A stretch of 64,000 nt of DNA from a virus (Duplodnaviria > Caudoviricetes). Under the pieces are notes generated by a model, which was given only the letters and a program-made list of their open reading frames with translations, made no database searches and was not told the origin of the DNA. The stretch covers positions 1-64,000 of IMG/VR virus record IMGVR_UViG_2648501152_000001; one strand, written 5' to 3'. Made by a program: the position numbers and the translations under genes. Below, in pieces: positions 43,454-54,285 of the stretch (its first letter is position 1; every line of letters begins with the position of its first letter).

Positions 43454-43472
43454 AACGACGAAGGAGCCACAA

Positions 43473-43838
43473 ATGAACGCCACCGCCACCGCGAACCTCA
43501 CCCTCACCGGCATCACCAAGGCCAGCAGCCAGTGCCACTGCTGCGGACGCACCCTCGGCAAGGTCTTCCAGCTCTCCGACGGCAACGACTACGGCCGCAC
43601 CTGCGCCGCCAAGATCACCGGCTACAGCATCACCGATAAGCTCCTCCGCCAGGCACAGTTCGCCGCCCGCCGTGACCAGCAGCGCCGCGACGAAAACTGG
43701 ACTGTCGACACCTTCATCGCTCACATCGCCGCCAACAACATGGGCATCCTCTACATCGATGGCCGCGAGGTCGCAGCGGACGCCACGAACATCCGCATCG
43801 TCGCGGAGCGCGAGCACGCCGCACTCTGGGCGAACTGA
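43473..43838 (+). CDS. Hypothetical Zn-binding protein
   Basis: AAGGAG RBS; CHCCGR..YGRTCA; followed by GAAGCCCC/GGGGCTTC hairpin. Confidence 0.75.
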   Translation: MNATATANLTLTGITKASSQCHCCGRTLGKVFQLSDGNDYGRTCAAKITGYSITDKLLRQAQFAARRDQQRRDENWTVDTFIAHIAANNMGILYIDGREVAADATNIRIVAEREHAALWAN

Positions 43839-44110
43839 ACTCGAGACCCCGAAGCCCCTGCCTGATGGTGGGGGCTTCGCGCTGTCCGGGCGGGAATGGG
43901 TCTCGACCGGGACCTATTGTGCGCGTGTCGGACGTACACACATCGACGTGTTGTTGTCATGTATACGCAGGTCAAGTCACACTTTTACCCAGTTACCACG
44001 CGCGCATACGGTTGCCTCAACCGCTATACTGAGTTCGTACTCAATAAGCACATTGGCCGCCGGCGAGTTGCATTCGCCGACGGCCAACGCGACACAAGGG
44101 GCATATCCTC

Positions 44111-44944
44111 ATGTCACGAGACCATCGTACCGTAAACAAGCGCAGGACCGTCCTGTACCGCCACTTCGGTGAGGATGGAACACTGCTCTACATCGGCATC
44201 GCCTACGATCCAGGCGCCCGGTGGCTTCAGCACATGGACAAAACATGGTGGCACGAGGTCTATTCCACCCGCATGGAGCACTTTCCTGATCGCGAATCAG
44301 CGGAGGCGGCTGAGAAGGCCGCAATCATCGATGAGCGACCGATGTGGAATATCAACTTCAACGAAAACGTGACATGCCCGGAGCTGGCGCCAGACGACGT
44401 TGGCGATGGAATGTGCTACCTCCCTGCCGATTGGTGGCCCGGAAGCGGTGACCTTGAGGCAGCTCGCCGAAAGTACACGCACATCGACGTGGAGGAATGC
44501 ACGGGGATGTTCGTTGAGGATGCTATTCGCACAAATAAGCGACGCAAGCGATGGAAGAGCGCGTGGGATGCACGTCTGCGCGCCGACAACGATTTCGCAA
44601 AGCGCAGGATTGCAGATGAGAGCAAGAGTGTGGCGCCCATGCCGAAGGTGGATCGACCAATGCGTACGACGAAGTCAACTGGGAGGTACACGCCGCCCCC
44701 GAACGCAACACGCCTGCCGGCCGATTTTGCTCCGAGTCGCGACAACGTAGCTTGGGTCGTTGAGCACTGCTTGTTGATTGACATCAACGAGTCGCACCGA
44801 AAGTTCATGGAGTACTACCCGAAGCAGGTCGGACTTCGTGGGTTGCGGGTTGATTGGAACAAGACGTGGCGCGAGTGGATGGTGCGCGCCGAGGGTTGGG
44901 CCGAGGATGCGCGTGAGCGTGAAGAGCGAGCGATGATGGACTGA
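44111..44944 (+). CDS. GIY-YIG nuclease domain protein
   Basis: LYRHF...G.LLYIGIA, R..QH, AEKAAIIDERPMWN; C-terminal duplicated LPAD(W/F).P...W module. Confidence 0.8.
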   Translation: MSRDHRTVNKRRTVLYRHFGEDGTLLYIGIAYDPGARWLQHMDKTWWHEVYSTRMEHFPDRESAEAAEKAAIIDERPMWNINFNENVTCPELAPDDVGDGMCYLPADWWPGSGDLEAARRKYTHIDVEECTGMFVEDAIRTNKRRKRWKSAWDARLRADNDFAKRRIADESKSVAPMPKVDRPMRTTKSTGRYTPPPNATRLPADFAPSRDNVAWVVEHCLLIDINESHRKFMEYYPKQVGLRGLRVDWNKTWREWMVRAEGWAEDAREREERAMMD

Positions 44945-45902
44945 GTTACCTGGCTCGATGCCCCCGATTCCTGCGCGAGTCGGGGGCATTGTCGTGTTTA
45001 GGCAACGTTTATGCAGGTCAGGGCCATATTCCGCCAACCTTCCCGAATGTGATTAGCGTCACAGAAGATTTGGGTATGGAATCCGAGGCCAAAATTGTTT
45101 CTTGAAAGGTAACCACACGCGAAGCGCAACCTTCCATGCGCCCCTGCGGGGCGGAACCGCAAAGCGGTTCAAGTAGTTCACCACACCCGAACACCGCCAC
45201 GGAACAACCATCGGCAATACACATGGATGGTTTTCACATACGCCCCGCGTAGCGTAGCGAAGCGGGATCGCTTTAGACCGCACTCGCCCGCACGGGTCGG
45301 GAACCCTACGGGTTGTCGGGAGGCCGAAGTCTGCCCAAAGCACGGCGGGTCGGTTTTCGTGTTCCACGTCCGGTTTTCCAGCTGGAACGTTGGCAATCGA
45401 GACGTGGAAAAGAGAGGTTGGGGCTTGTTTGTGCTGGTCAGTGGCGGTTTTTAGGGTTCGGGAGGGGTAAGCGTGGGGTAAACGTCGGCTTCCAGCGATC
45501 TTCCGGGTTTTCCGGAGGATTTTCCTCTGGTATCGGCGTTTGCGCAGGCCAGGCCCAGTTTCCGGTTTCGCAAGGAAATTCAGAGCGGACGCGCGGAAAA
45601 TCTCGGAAGTTCCGACACGGATGTACGGAGCTTCCGACACTGGCCGATGGGTTCCGGTAATGGTTACCGTGTGCAAGTGTGGTAACCTTGCTTTGCGGCA
45701 GAACTGTCTCTACCGCCCGAATCGTTCCACCTCCACGTGGGGTGTGTATGCGTGCACAGGTTGCTTACAAGTTGCGGCGGTGGGCGGACAGGATCGCGCC
45801 GGCCCCCACACTCGTCACCAGGACCCCGACGATCGGGGAGTTGGATGATGTGTGGCGTTACATGGAACGCGAACAGCAGCGGCGAAGGGACGTGATCGCC
45901 CG

Positions 45903-46136
45903 ATGATCCCCGTGTGGTGGTCCATCATGCTCGCCACCATCGGCATCGTGGGCATCTACGTCACCACGCGGAAACTGTGGTGGGGATTCGCGCTCGGGCT
46001 CGCAGCGCAACTCTTGTGGATCGCCTATGCGATTGCCACGGCCCAGTACGGGTTCATTCTGTCTGCGATCGGCTACGGCATCGTGTATTGGATCGGTGCG
46101 CGGAAGTGGTTCCATGAACGCAACACCACGGTTTAG
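45903..46136 (+). CDS. Small membrane protein (PnuC-like)
   Basis: Three hydrophobic segments; WWGFALGLAAQLLWIAYA. Confidence 0.65.
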   Translation: MIPVWWSIMLATIGIVGIYVTTRKLWWGFALGLAAQLLWIAYAIATAQYGFILSAIGYGIVYWIGARKWFHERNTTV

Positions 46137-46580
46137 TCAACGCGGTTGCTGTGTGCGCGCATGGTATACTTGCGTGGTGTTCATGGGAGATTGATCGGGT
46201 GGCGGGTGTGAAAGAACGCACCTTTCCGTTCAAAGCCCAGCCACGAACCCGATGGTGGGGGAGCTGGCGCTGCACCCGCCACCACCTTTGACAACAACAC
46301 AGAGGCATTACAGAGCAGGCAGGGGCGCGACTGCCTGATGGTGCAGAGGCTTTGCGAAGTCCCCTTAGCGGGCGCCTGACCTGCACAGCAACAACGCGCA
46401 TAGCTACCCTGCCCCAGGGTTAAGTGGGGAAGTGGTTGTGAGTGGAAGTCTCCGCGACGTAAACACCCGCAAGGGTAGTCGCACACACGGTTTCAGGCGC
46501 TCACAGCCCCGGCAGCCAGCGCAGACTGCTGACAACTTCATAGCGGGCGTAGGGACTGGACCTCCACTGGCGCCCGCCCT

Positions 46581-46654
46581 GCTCCTCTACCCCAACAGGC
46601 AGAGGGAACCGGCTCAAACCCGGTGTAGTGCGAGTTCGAATCTCGCGGGGAGCA
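46581..46654 (+). tRNA. tRNA-Leu(CAA), short variable arm
   Basis: Acceptor GCTCCTC/GGGGAGC, anticodon arm ACCGG-CTCAAAC-CCGGT, T arm GCGAG-TTCGAAT-CTCGC. Confidence 0.88.
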
Positions 46655-46756
46655 CATAGACCGACAGCCCGATCCCGACAAGGGGTGGCTGGCGCCTGAA
46701 TCAACAGGGCGTGTGCACGACGACCGCGGAAACGCGTGCACACTCGGTCATCAAAC

Positions 46757-46901
46757 TCGACCGTGGTGCAAAGGGCAGCTAACACTGCAAGGGGAGCGGA
46801 CGGCTAGGAAGCGGACGCGCATACGGCGAACAGTCACCCCCAACCAAGCACACCCGCAGCGGTGCGGGAGATCCGTGGTTCAAGTCCACGGCGGTCGACC
46901 A
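46757..46901 (+). ncRNA. tRNA-like RNA with 78-nt D-loop expansion and non-canonical anticodon loop
   Basis: TCGACCG/CGGTCGA+CCA, D stem GTGC/GCAC, CCCGC/GCGGG arm, T arm CGTGG-TTCAAGT-CCACG. Confidence 0.6.
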
Positions 46902-47254
46902 AGCTCGTGAACGATCGGCCTCTGCCAGTGGATAGCTGGTTATGCCCCGTTCGCCAGTGCAGTGCACGGCCTTACGGCACCACATGGTGCCCCACAGACG
47001 TAGACCGCCCCCAGGCTTTGTCTGGGGGCATACCCATATCACCCACAACTCAATACAGGCGGCGACCGTGTTCGACGACGACACACCCGAATACACACCC
47101 CGAGTAGGCGACCTAGTGGTTGCGCCCGGGATGCATCACGTGTGCCGCATCGCCCGCATCCACAAAACACCCATCCCTTACTGCGAGGCAGAGGTGCGTG
47201 GTGTGCGGTTCGCCGTCAACCTCTCCACCATCCAACCCCACCAGGAGCACACCA

Positions 47255-47485
47255 TTGCCTGACCAGCCCGTCACGATCTACACCAAGCCCAGCTGTGTTC
47301 AGTGTGACGCTAGCAAGCGGCGATTCAAGAACCTCAAGATCGCCTACACCGAAATCGACATCACGCAGGACGATGCGGCCCGCGACTACGTGCTCGGTCT
47401 CGGATACTCGCAGGCTCCCGTGATCGTTGCCGGCGGAGATCACTGGGCGGGGTACAAGCCTGACCGGATCGACTCGCTCGCATAG
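47255..47485 (+). CDS. nrdH: NrdH-like glutaredoxin
   Basis: IYTKPSCVQC, LGYSQAPV, HWAGYKPDRI. Confidence 0.92.
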   Translation: MPDQPVTIYTKPSCVQCDASKRRFKNLKIAYTEIDITQDDAARDYVLGLGYSQAPVIVAGGDHWAGYKPDRIDSLA

Positions 47486-47784
47486 TTTTTGGCAGCCTTC
47501 GGGTTGCGTGCCCACGACCAGGAACGTGGGACCACCAACAGGTGTTCAGCGGACCACCTAGACCAAAACCGCACACACCAACGGCGATCTGTAGTGCCAC
47601 AATCCGTTCGTGGCCCCCGGATAGGGTTTGCAGCGCCGTGGTGGGGAAGAACGCTGCCCTTGTGCGCGCACCCCGCCCGCCCGTGCACACGCCCGCTACC
47701 CGTGTGCACGGGCCACAGCCGTTTGCCATATACCTGTACGATAAACACAATCGAATACGCCACCCGGCGAGAAACCAGGACATC

Positions 47785-48774
47785 ATGCGCCACACCTTGA
47801 CTGTGCTCGTGCTAGCACTTCTCGCCGGACTCATACAACTGTTTACCGCACCATCGGCGGGAGCCTGCCCGCACACGGTGGTGATCGGCGTCGACGGCAC
47901 CGGAAGCGTAGGCCACACACCGTCGCTCGTCACACAGCACGCCGATCCGTGGATCGCAGAAGGTGCGGAGTTTCGGCGCATCGACTACCCCGGCAGCATT
48001 TGGCCCATCGGACCGTACCCGTACGACCAGTCACGACGTGCAGGCATCGACGCAACCAAGGCTGAAATCAACGCTGTGCGCCGCGAATGCCCCGACGCAC
48101 ACATACATCTAGTCGGGCATTCACAAGGGGCGGCAGTCATCGGTGATGCTCTCGAAGAACGCACCGCAGCCGGCGAATCCAACACCAACATCTCCGCGGA
48201 CCTGTACGCCGACCCGCGTCATCCCGACACCGGCATCGAAGTAGTTCTCCCCGGACTCCTGCCCGGGTATTCGATGAAAAACGAACGTGGATCGATGGGT
48301 GAAGCGAAGGTGTATCAGCAGTGCGTGCAGGGTGACCCGGTGTGCGATTTTCCGCAGCCGCTCCAAGATCCGCTCGGGCTCATCGACGCCCCCGCAGGGT
48401 ACTGGTACAAGCACGGGTATCACCTCCCCGATAGCCCCGAACCCCGCAGTGGCACGCACGTTATCCCCGCCGGCCCGATGACCCCGTTCATCCCACCCGT
48501 CGAACAGCGACAGATTCCGTTCGCGCCCGACCTGCGTGATGTCATCGACTACCAGGTGCCTGCGCTGCCCGATGTGCCGCCACTCCCCAACCTCACCGAG
48601 CCGTACGTCGAACGACCACTGTCGGTGTACGTGCCCGATCACGTGGAGCCGTACGTGCCGGCACCAATCCTCGATCATGTGCCGCCGCCGCTCCCGCAGC
48701 TCCCACCCCTGCCCGTCATCGAACTGCCACAGCTGCCCGCACTCCCGCCACTGCCTGCACTGCCCGCACTGTAA
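47785..48774 (+). CDS. Secreted PE-PPE/cutinase-like serine hydrolase with Pro-rich tail
   Basis: Signal peptide, GHSQGA, ADPR, C..GDPVCD, (LP)n C-terminus. Confidence 0.8.
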   Translation: MRHTLTVLVLALLAGLIQLFTAPSAGACPHTVVIGVDGTGSVGHTPSLVTQHADPWIAEGAEFRRIDYPGSIWPIGPYPYDQSRRAGIDATKAEINAVRRECPDAHIHLVGHSQGAAVIGDALEERTAAGESNTNISADLYADPRHPDTGIEVVLPGLLPGYSMKNERGSMGEAKVYQQCVQGDPVCDFPQPLQDPLGLIDAPAGYWYKHGYHLPDSPEPRSGTHVIPAGPMTPFIPPVEQRQIPFAPDLRDVIDYQVPALPDVPPLPNLTEPYVERPLSVYVPDHVEPYVPAPILDHVPPPLPQLPPLPVIELPQLPALPPLPALPAL

Positions 48775-48804
48775 GCCCCTCACAACTACACCAGGAGTAG
48801 AACC

Positions 48805-49452
48805 GTGAGCAACACCCCGAAGTTCGACCGAGAAGCCTTCATCGCAATTGCTAGCCTTGTCGGAAACATGATTGGTGTCGACATCGCAAAATCCGCCGAA
48901 TCGATCGCAGACTCCATCGAGTCAGAGGTCGAAACCGGCAGTGTATCCGCTAGCAAGCGCGCCGCCAGAGAACGATTCGATGATGTGCAGGACGCGCTCA
49001 ACACTCTCGGAGTCGACAAGCCCGAATATGCCAGCACAGACGACAGCGACTACCACTTCCACGTTGCGAACGTTGACGAAGCGATGCGCAATTTCGCCAC
49101 ACTCCAGAAGTCGAGACTGAACGGCGGACGCGGAGGAACCGCACACTTTCACGCCAGTGACGCGAAGGCGAACGTAGACGTGATCGTCGGAGCCGGTGGG
49201 CATGACGGACCGAACAAGATCACCTCCGAGGCAGCCAGCGCATCCACACCCGAGCCTGAGGGCGAACAGTGGGAAGTTGCGATCCGCGACCGTGAATGGG
49301 GCAGCATCATCGACTTCCGCGCCGACCGCGTAGACATCGGACACGGCATCAACGGCGATGACGACGGAGTAATCGCCTACCTCAACGGAGACGTGGTGTT
49401 CCAGGCGCCCGCCGGAACCTACTACTACGCAAAGAAGGTCCTGGATCAGTGA
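48805..49452 (+). CDS. Hypothetical protein
   Basis: AGGAG RBS, 215 aa. Confidence 0.65.
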   Translation: MSNTPKFDREAFIAIASLVGNMIGVDIAKSAESIADSIESEVETGSVSASKRAARERFDDVQDALNTLGVDKPEYASTDDSDYHFHVANVDEAMRNFATLQKSRLNGGRGGTAHFHASDAKANVDVIVGAGGHDGPNKITSEAASASTPEPEGEQWEVAIRDREWGSIIDFRADRVDIGHGINGDDDGVIAYLNGDVVFQAPAGTYYYAKKVLDQ

Positions 49453-50711
49453 GCCTCAACCCGAAGGGCCAAGCGAAGATGATTCGTGACGCCGTGCTCG
49501 AAGCGCTCATTATCAACGAACTCGCCAAGAACGGGGTAACCCGCGGCAGTCAGGTCTCCGAGTTCCTGTTGGCAATTGAAGAAGCCAAGCGCCTCGTGGA
49601 GAGCGCGAAGCACCAGGAGATCGCCTCGTGGGGTGAGCGATGACGTTCAGTTTGCGGTTTCTGTTCCTGCACATCGACATCTACCTCCCCCCACGCGGGG
49701 GGGACATGCTCGACATGGAACACGTCGCGCTCACCACCGCCACACAAGTCGTCAACCAAGCCATGCACGACGCGTTCTGTGAGGAATGCAGCGACGATGA
49801 ATGACGTGGCAGCACTAGATGCCGCGCTACTCGATGCGCAGTTCGTGTACGCCGACACTCTCGCCGACCCCGACAGCACCGTGGCAATGCGGGAACGCGC
49901 CTGCGAGAAAGTGCGTGTCGCCCGTGCACGGCTCCACATCGCCCGCAACCTCAACGCCCACACCAAGGAACACACCCATGACTGACACCAGCAGCGAGCA
50001 CATGGACGACGACACCCTCGCACGCATGATCACAGGTGGTGGACTCGCCCACTTCATCGGCCTCCACGCCGACAACACCGAACAGAAGTAACCGCCCGCG
50101 GGCACAAGGGAGACCACGCATGGCCGACAACGACACCGACCTTGTGCTCGGCACCATCACCCATTCAACGCCGCATCGCCACCAGAGACGGCGAAGACTA
50201 CATCACCGTCGAAGCCCTCGACGCCTCCAACCAAGACCTATCACTCGTGGAGGCGTTCGGGATGCTTGAACTCGCCCGAATGCACTTCACCATCAGCGCA
50301 CTCGGCTTCGACTACGAAGACGACGAGGCAGACGAATGAGCGCCCTCGAAGACCTTCGCATCGTGCACGCCATGCGCACACACGACCGAAACATCGGTGA
50401 CGAAAACGAAGGCGACTACCGGGTGGCATTCGACATGCTGCTGGACCGCTACAACACCGAACGAGAACCCAAAAACGCCAACGTGGAGAACCAGTGACCA
50501 ACATTATCGTTGCACCAAGTGTCCAAGCTGGACGTGAATTCCAGAGCGAGCGCGAGACATTCCGCGACTGGCATGTTGTATCACCAACCTCAATTAGGCG
50601 CGGTTCGATCCGCGGCCTAACGATCGGTGAATACATCACCCTCGACGGCGCGTACCTCGACCAGTCGGCACGAGACGAGATCCGCGTCAGGCAACTTGGC
50701 AGGAGGTAGAG

Positions 50712-50936
50712 ATGGCTGATCCGAAACCTGGCGACGGAAACGCGGCACGACTAAAGCGCTGGTGGGCTTACGAAGAGGGCCGGAAACGGTGGTACGGCAC
50801 ACCACATCCCTTCACAACACTCCGGAACCAGCTCCGCAAACACGGCGTACCCGAACACATGGTGGACGGACTCACCGCCAACATCTTCAAAATGGCCTAC
50901 GGCTATGCGCCCTCAGAGCGAAAACGCGACGACTAG
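50712..50936 (+). CDS. Conserved small phage protein
   Basis: GNAARLKRWW...GRKRW..TPHPFTTLRNQLRKH. Confidence 0.7.
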   Translation: MADPKPGDGNAARLKRWWAYEEGRKRWYGTPHPFTTLRNQLRKHGVPEHMVDGLTANIFKMAYGYAPSERKRDD

Positions 50937-51046
50937 CTCCTGATTATCTGCACAACCCCATAAATCAGGCCAGGAATCACACCGACCGCACGTAGCCCCG
51001 GAGGCACGTGCGGTTTCGCATACACGGACCCAGGAGGTTCACGACT

Positions 51047-51526
51047 ATGCCCCCACGCCGAGGCCACACCCAATCCATCGAAAAACGCACCGACATGGCA
51101 GAAAAACAACGCCATGCCCTCGAACTCCGCAACGCCGGCCGCAGCCTCCAATTCGTCGCAGACATCTATGGTGTCGACCAATCCACCGTCTCGCGCTGGT
51201 GTAGTGCCGCCATCAAAGACATTCCGCGTGAAGCCGCCGAAGAATTCCGGCAACGACAACTACTCCAGCTTGATTCCATGCTCGAAGCGATCTGGGACGA
51301 CGTAGTCAGTGGGAATCAACTCAAGATCGATCGGGCACTCGCAATTCTCGAACGCCAAGCCAAACTCACCGGCCTCGAAGACCTCGCCAAAATCGAAGCC
51401 TTGAAGGCCGCCAAGGGCGATGCCGGCGTAGAAGCCGAATCGATGATTGGAACGCTACTGGACGGGCTGAAAGCCGCCTACGTGGCACAGAAGGACCGGG
51501 CAGCCGAACCCGAAGGCGACGAGTGA
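51047..51526 (+). CDS. terS: Terminase small subunit (HTH)
   Basis: ALELRNAGRSLQFVADIYG HTH, ERQAKLTGL; coupled to terL. Confidence 0.75.
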   Translation: MPPRRGHTQSIEKRTDMAEKQRHALELRNAGRSLQFVADIYGVDQSTVSRWCSAAIKDIPREAAEEFRQRQLLQLDSMLEAIWDDVVSGNQLKIDRALAILERQAKLTGLEDLAKIEALKAAKGDAGVEAESMIGTLLDGLKAAYVAQKDRAAEPEGDE

Positions 51527-52878
51527 CCGCCGGCATCGATGCGTTCGCGGATCTACCACTCTCACCGAAACAGATCGCATCCATCGTCGAATCCCTCGAA
51601 CCAAACCCGAACGGCGCAGGCCGCGTATCCGTCGGGATTTGGGCGGGAGCTATCCGTGCAGGCAAAACCACGGCGAGCATCGTAGCGTTCTTCCTGGCGG
51701 TCGTTAGCGCCCCAGAAACAGGACTCATACTGATCTGCGGTCGCACGTTGCAGACCATCGAACGTAACATCATCGAGCCGATGCAAGACCCGAAAGTTTT
51801 CGGGCCTCTGTCCACACTGGTGCAGCACACCCGTGGATCTTCAGTCGCCACGATTGTCGGACGTACAGTGCACCTCATCGGCGCTTCAGACGCCAGAGCC
51901 GAAGGTAAGCTACGCGGTCTCACTGCTTGCCTTGCAATGGTGGATGAAGCAACGCTAATCCCCGAGGAATTCTGGGATCAGCTACTTGGCCGATTGTCGG
52001 TAAAAGGCTCGCGTCTCTTTGCAACGACCAACCCAGGAAGCTCGCGGCACTGGCTAAAACTGCGTTTTATCGATAAGCGCGACGAGCTTGGTTATCGATT
52101 CTGGAACTTCACGATGGATGATAATCCGACTCTTGAGCCAGAGTGGATCGAGCAAAAGAAGCTAGAATATGCCGGTATATTCTTTGCTCGCAACGTGAAT
52201 GGATTTTGGATTGGAGCGGAGGGTAGCGTATATGACATGTTCGATCCGGACAAGCATGTAGTTCCTCGAAGCGAACTCCCAGAAATGAAATCCATTCTCG
52301 GGACTGGAATCGACTATGGCACCACGAATGCCACTGCGGGAATCATGCTTGCACTCGGCGTCGACAACTGCCTGTACGTCGTGGACGAGTGGTACAAGAA
52401 AGCCGGCGACAACGAAGCGCGGTGGTCCGACGCTCAATTATCGCGAGGGATAAAGTCGTGGCTAGAAACAGATCACTTGCCGAATCAAGATATTCCAGTC
52501 GGCCCGCTGATTGTTGACCCAGCTGCGGCATCATTCCGTGTCCAGTTGAAGCAAGACGGGCTGAAATCGTATGCGGCAAAGAATGATGTCGTAAACGGCA
52601 TCCGCACGGTAGCTTCACTTTTCTCTACGGATAAACTTAAGATTAGCGATCACTGCCATAGGTTGCTCGATGAATTGCCGGAATACTGCTGGGACCCAGT
52701 CGCAACGGAACGTGGAGAAGACAAGCCGATCAAACAGAACGACCATGCCGCAGACGGCCTTCGGTATGCCTGTGCTACAACGGAACGTAAGTGGCGCAGG
52801 CATATCGGCGGCGAGCGTGTCATGAGCGCAGAAGAGCCCCAAGAGTTCGATCCTGTACTCACTAAGCGGACGACATGA
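51523..52878 (+). CDS. terL: Terminase large subunit (PBSX-like)
   Basis: GAIRAGKT, VDEA, TTNP, GIDYG, VDPAA, DHAADGLRY. Confidence 0.95.
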   Translation: MTAGIDAFADLPLSPKQIASIVESLEPNPNGAGRVSVGIWAGAIRAGKTTASIVAFFLAVVSAPETGLILICGRTLQTIERNIIEPMQDPKVFGPLSTLVQHTRGSSVATIVGRTVHLIGASDARAEGKLRGLTACLAMVDEATLIPEEFWDQLLGRLSVKGSRLFATTNPGSSRHWLKLRFIDKRDELGYRFWNFTMDDNPTLEPEWIEQKKLEYAGIFFARNVNGFWIGAEGSVYDMFDPDKHVVPRSELPEMKSILGTGIDYGTTNATAGIMLALGVDNCLYVVDEWYKKAGDNEARWSDAQLSRGIKSWLETDHLPNQDIPVGPLIVDPAAASFRVQLKQDGLKSYAAKNDVVNGIRTVASLFSTDKLKISDHCHRLLDELPEYCWDPVATERGEDKPIKQNDHAADGLRYACATTERKWRRHIGGERVMSAEEPQEFDPVLTKRTT

Positions 52879-53004
52879 CACTGTGCATGTTCGGTCAACC
52901 GGCGAGCATGGTAAACTAAACACCACAATCAAACAAGTCGGCCCCGTGCAGTGTGTCACCACTGCCGGGGCCTGGGCCGAGACCTACAGGAGAGGTACCC
53001 GACC

Positions 53005-53982
53005 TTGAGCAACGATACTACATGCTCTGTTGACGGATGTGAGAAAGACTCTATTGCACGGGGCTGGTGCCCAGGTCATTACCGGCGGTGGCGCAACACG
53101 GGCGACGTTCAAGCGGATGTTCCGCTCCGCGCCCGAAAGCTCAAAGAAAAGCCCGCAGTCTGCACAGTAAGCGGATGTGATCTCAAGGCCGGCACCCGTG
53201 GTCTATGCAGCGGGCATTACGATCGCCTCATCAAGACTGGCGATGTGCGCGCCGACGTGCCGTTGAAGGTGAACGGTAGCCAGAAGAACAAGGCATGTTC
53301 TGTAGATGGATGCGACCGCCCGTCATTCAGCCGGGACTGGTGCCGGTCGCACTATCAGCGGTGGTACAGCACCGGAGATGTGCAGTCGGACGTTCCAATC
53401 AACGGGCACCTGCGCGAGTACCCAGAAGGGTGCTCATGGTGCCCATGTTGCGAGAAGATGCTTCCACTTGACAAGTTCCACACCAGTAGGGACCGGGCAC
53501 GTGGGGTGACAGCCCTATGCGCGCAGTGCATCAGCGAAGACCAGAAGGCTAGGCGCCCACAGATCTACGAGCAGCAGCGGCGCTGGCTTCGGGCGAACCC
53601 AGGTAAGTCGACCGAATATTCACGGAACTACTCCAGGCGATACCCGGAGAAGATACGCGAGAAGCAACGCCGACTCGTCGCAAATAACCCCGAAAAGTAC
53701 CGCCAGATCGCGCGAGCGGCTGAGAGCAACCGGCGCGCTCGCGAGCAGAACGCGCCGGGATTCATGACGACGGATCAGTTGAATGCACGGTGGGCTTATT
53801 ACGGTGGTCGTTGCTGGATCTGCGGAGGCAAGGCGACGGTCACGGACCATGTGAAGCCACTGTCCAAGGGCGGTAGCAACTGGCCTTCAAACGCGCGTCC
53901 TGCATGCGTTCCGTGCAATGCCAGCAAGAACGCGAAGTGGCCGTTCAAGCCTGAGGATATCGCCCACATTTGGGCTGCCTGA
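53005..53982 (+). CDS. HNH endonuclease with three N-terminal CxVxGC repeats
   Basis: CSVDGC...C..HY.R..TGDV x3; CWICG..DHVKPLSKGGSNWPSNARPACVPCN. Confidence 0.88.
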   Translation: MSNDTTCSVDGCEKDSIARGWCPGHYRRWRNTGDVQADVPLRARKLKEKPAVCTVSGCDLKAGTRGLCSGHYDRLIKTGDVRADVPLKVNGSQKNKACSVDGCDRPSFSRDWCRSHYQRWYSTGDVQSDVPINGHLREYPEGCSWCPCCEKMLPLDKFHTSRDRARGVTALCAQCISEDQKARRPQIYEQQRRWLRANPGKSTEYSRNYSRRYPEKIREKQRRLVANNPEKYRQIARAAESNRRAREQNAPGFMTTDQLNARWAYYGGRCWICGGKATVTDHVKPLSKGGSNWPSNARPACVPCNASKNAKWPFKPEDIAHIWAA

Positions 53983-54042
53983 TTACTGTAAACGTGGCTG
54001 GTACACTGGTGTTGTCGCACACCCCTATCCAAAGGATGTCGA

Positions 54043-54285
54043 GTGTCCCTCGCTGACGAACTTGAATTAGCCACCAAGCGGCGCTCCCGCCCCTGCCTCA
54101 CCGCAGAATGGCTCAACACGCAAGACGAGCGGGACAACGCAGCCTTCGCAGAGTTCCTGTCCAGCGGAGGACACATGAGCGCCCTCTACCGGCGCTGCAC
54201 CAAATACGGACTCGACGCAGGACTAACCCAATTCAAGGATCACTGCCAGCGTCGATGCTCCTGCCACCGCGGGGCCGCATCATGA
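54043..54285 (+). CDS. Hypothetical protein
   Basis: MSLADEL...H...RCSC; coupled to next gene. Confidence 0.65.
   Translation: MSLADELELATKRRSRPCLTAEWLNTQDERDNAAFAEFLSSGGHMSALYRRCTKYGLDAGLTQFKDHCQRRCSCHRGAAS

Noticed and set aside
46757-46901. tmRNA or canonical tRNA-Pro
   Set aside because: No alanine identity ends or tag ORF, too short for tmRNA, and no 7-nt anticodon loop
48690-48774. Tandem DNA repeat
   Set aside because: Explained by the Leu-Pro-rich protein tail
52248-52263. Unit 10 guide matching terL (GGACAAGCATGTAGTT versus AGAGAAGCATGTGGTG)
   Set aside because: Needs a different 8+8 geometry and is only 12/16; all mismatches fall at third codon positions, but chance cannot be excluded
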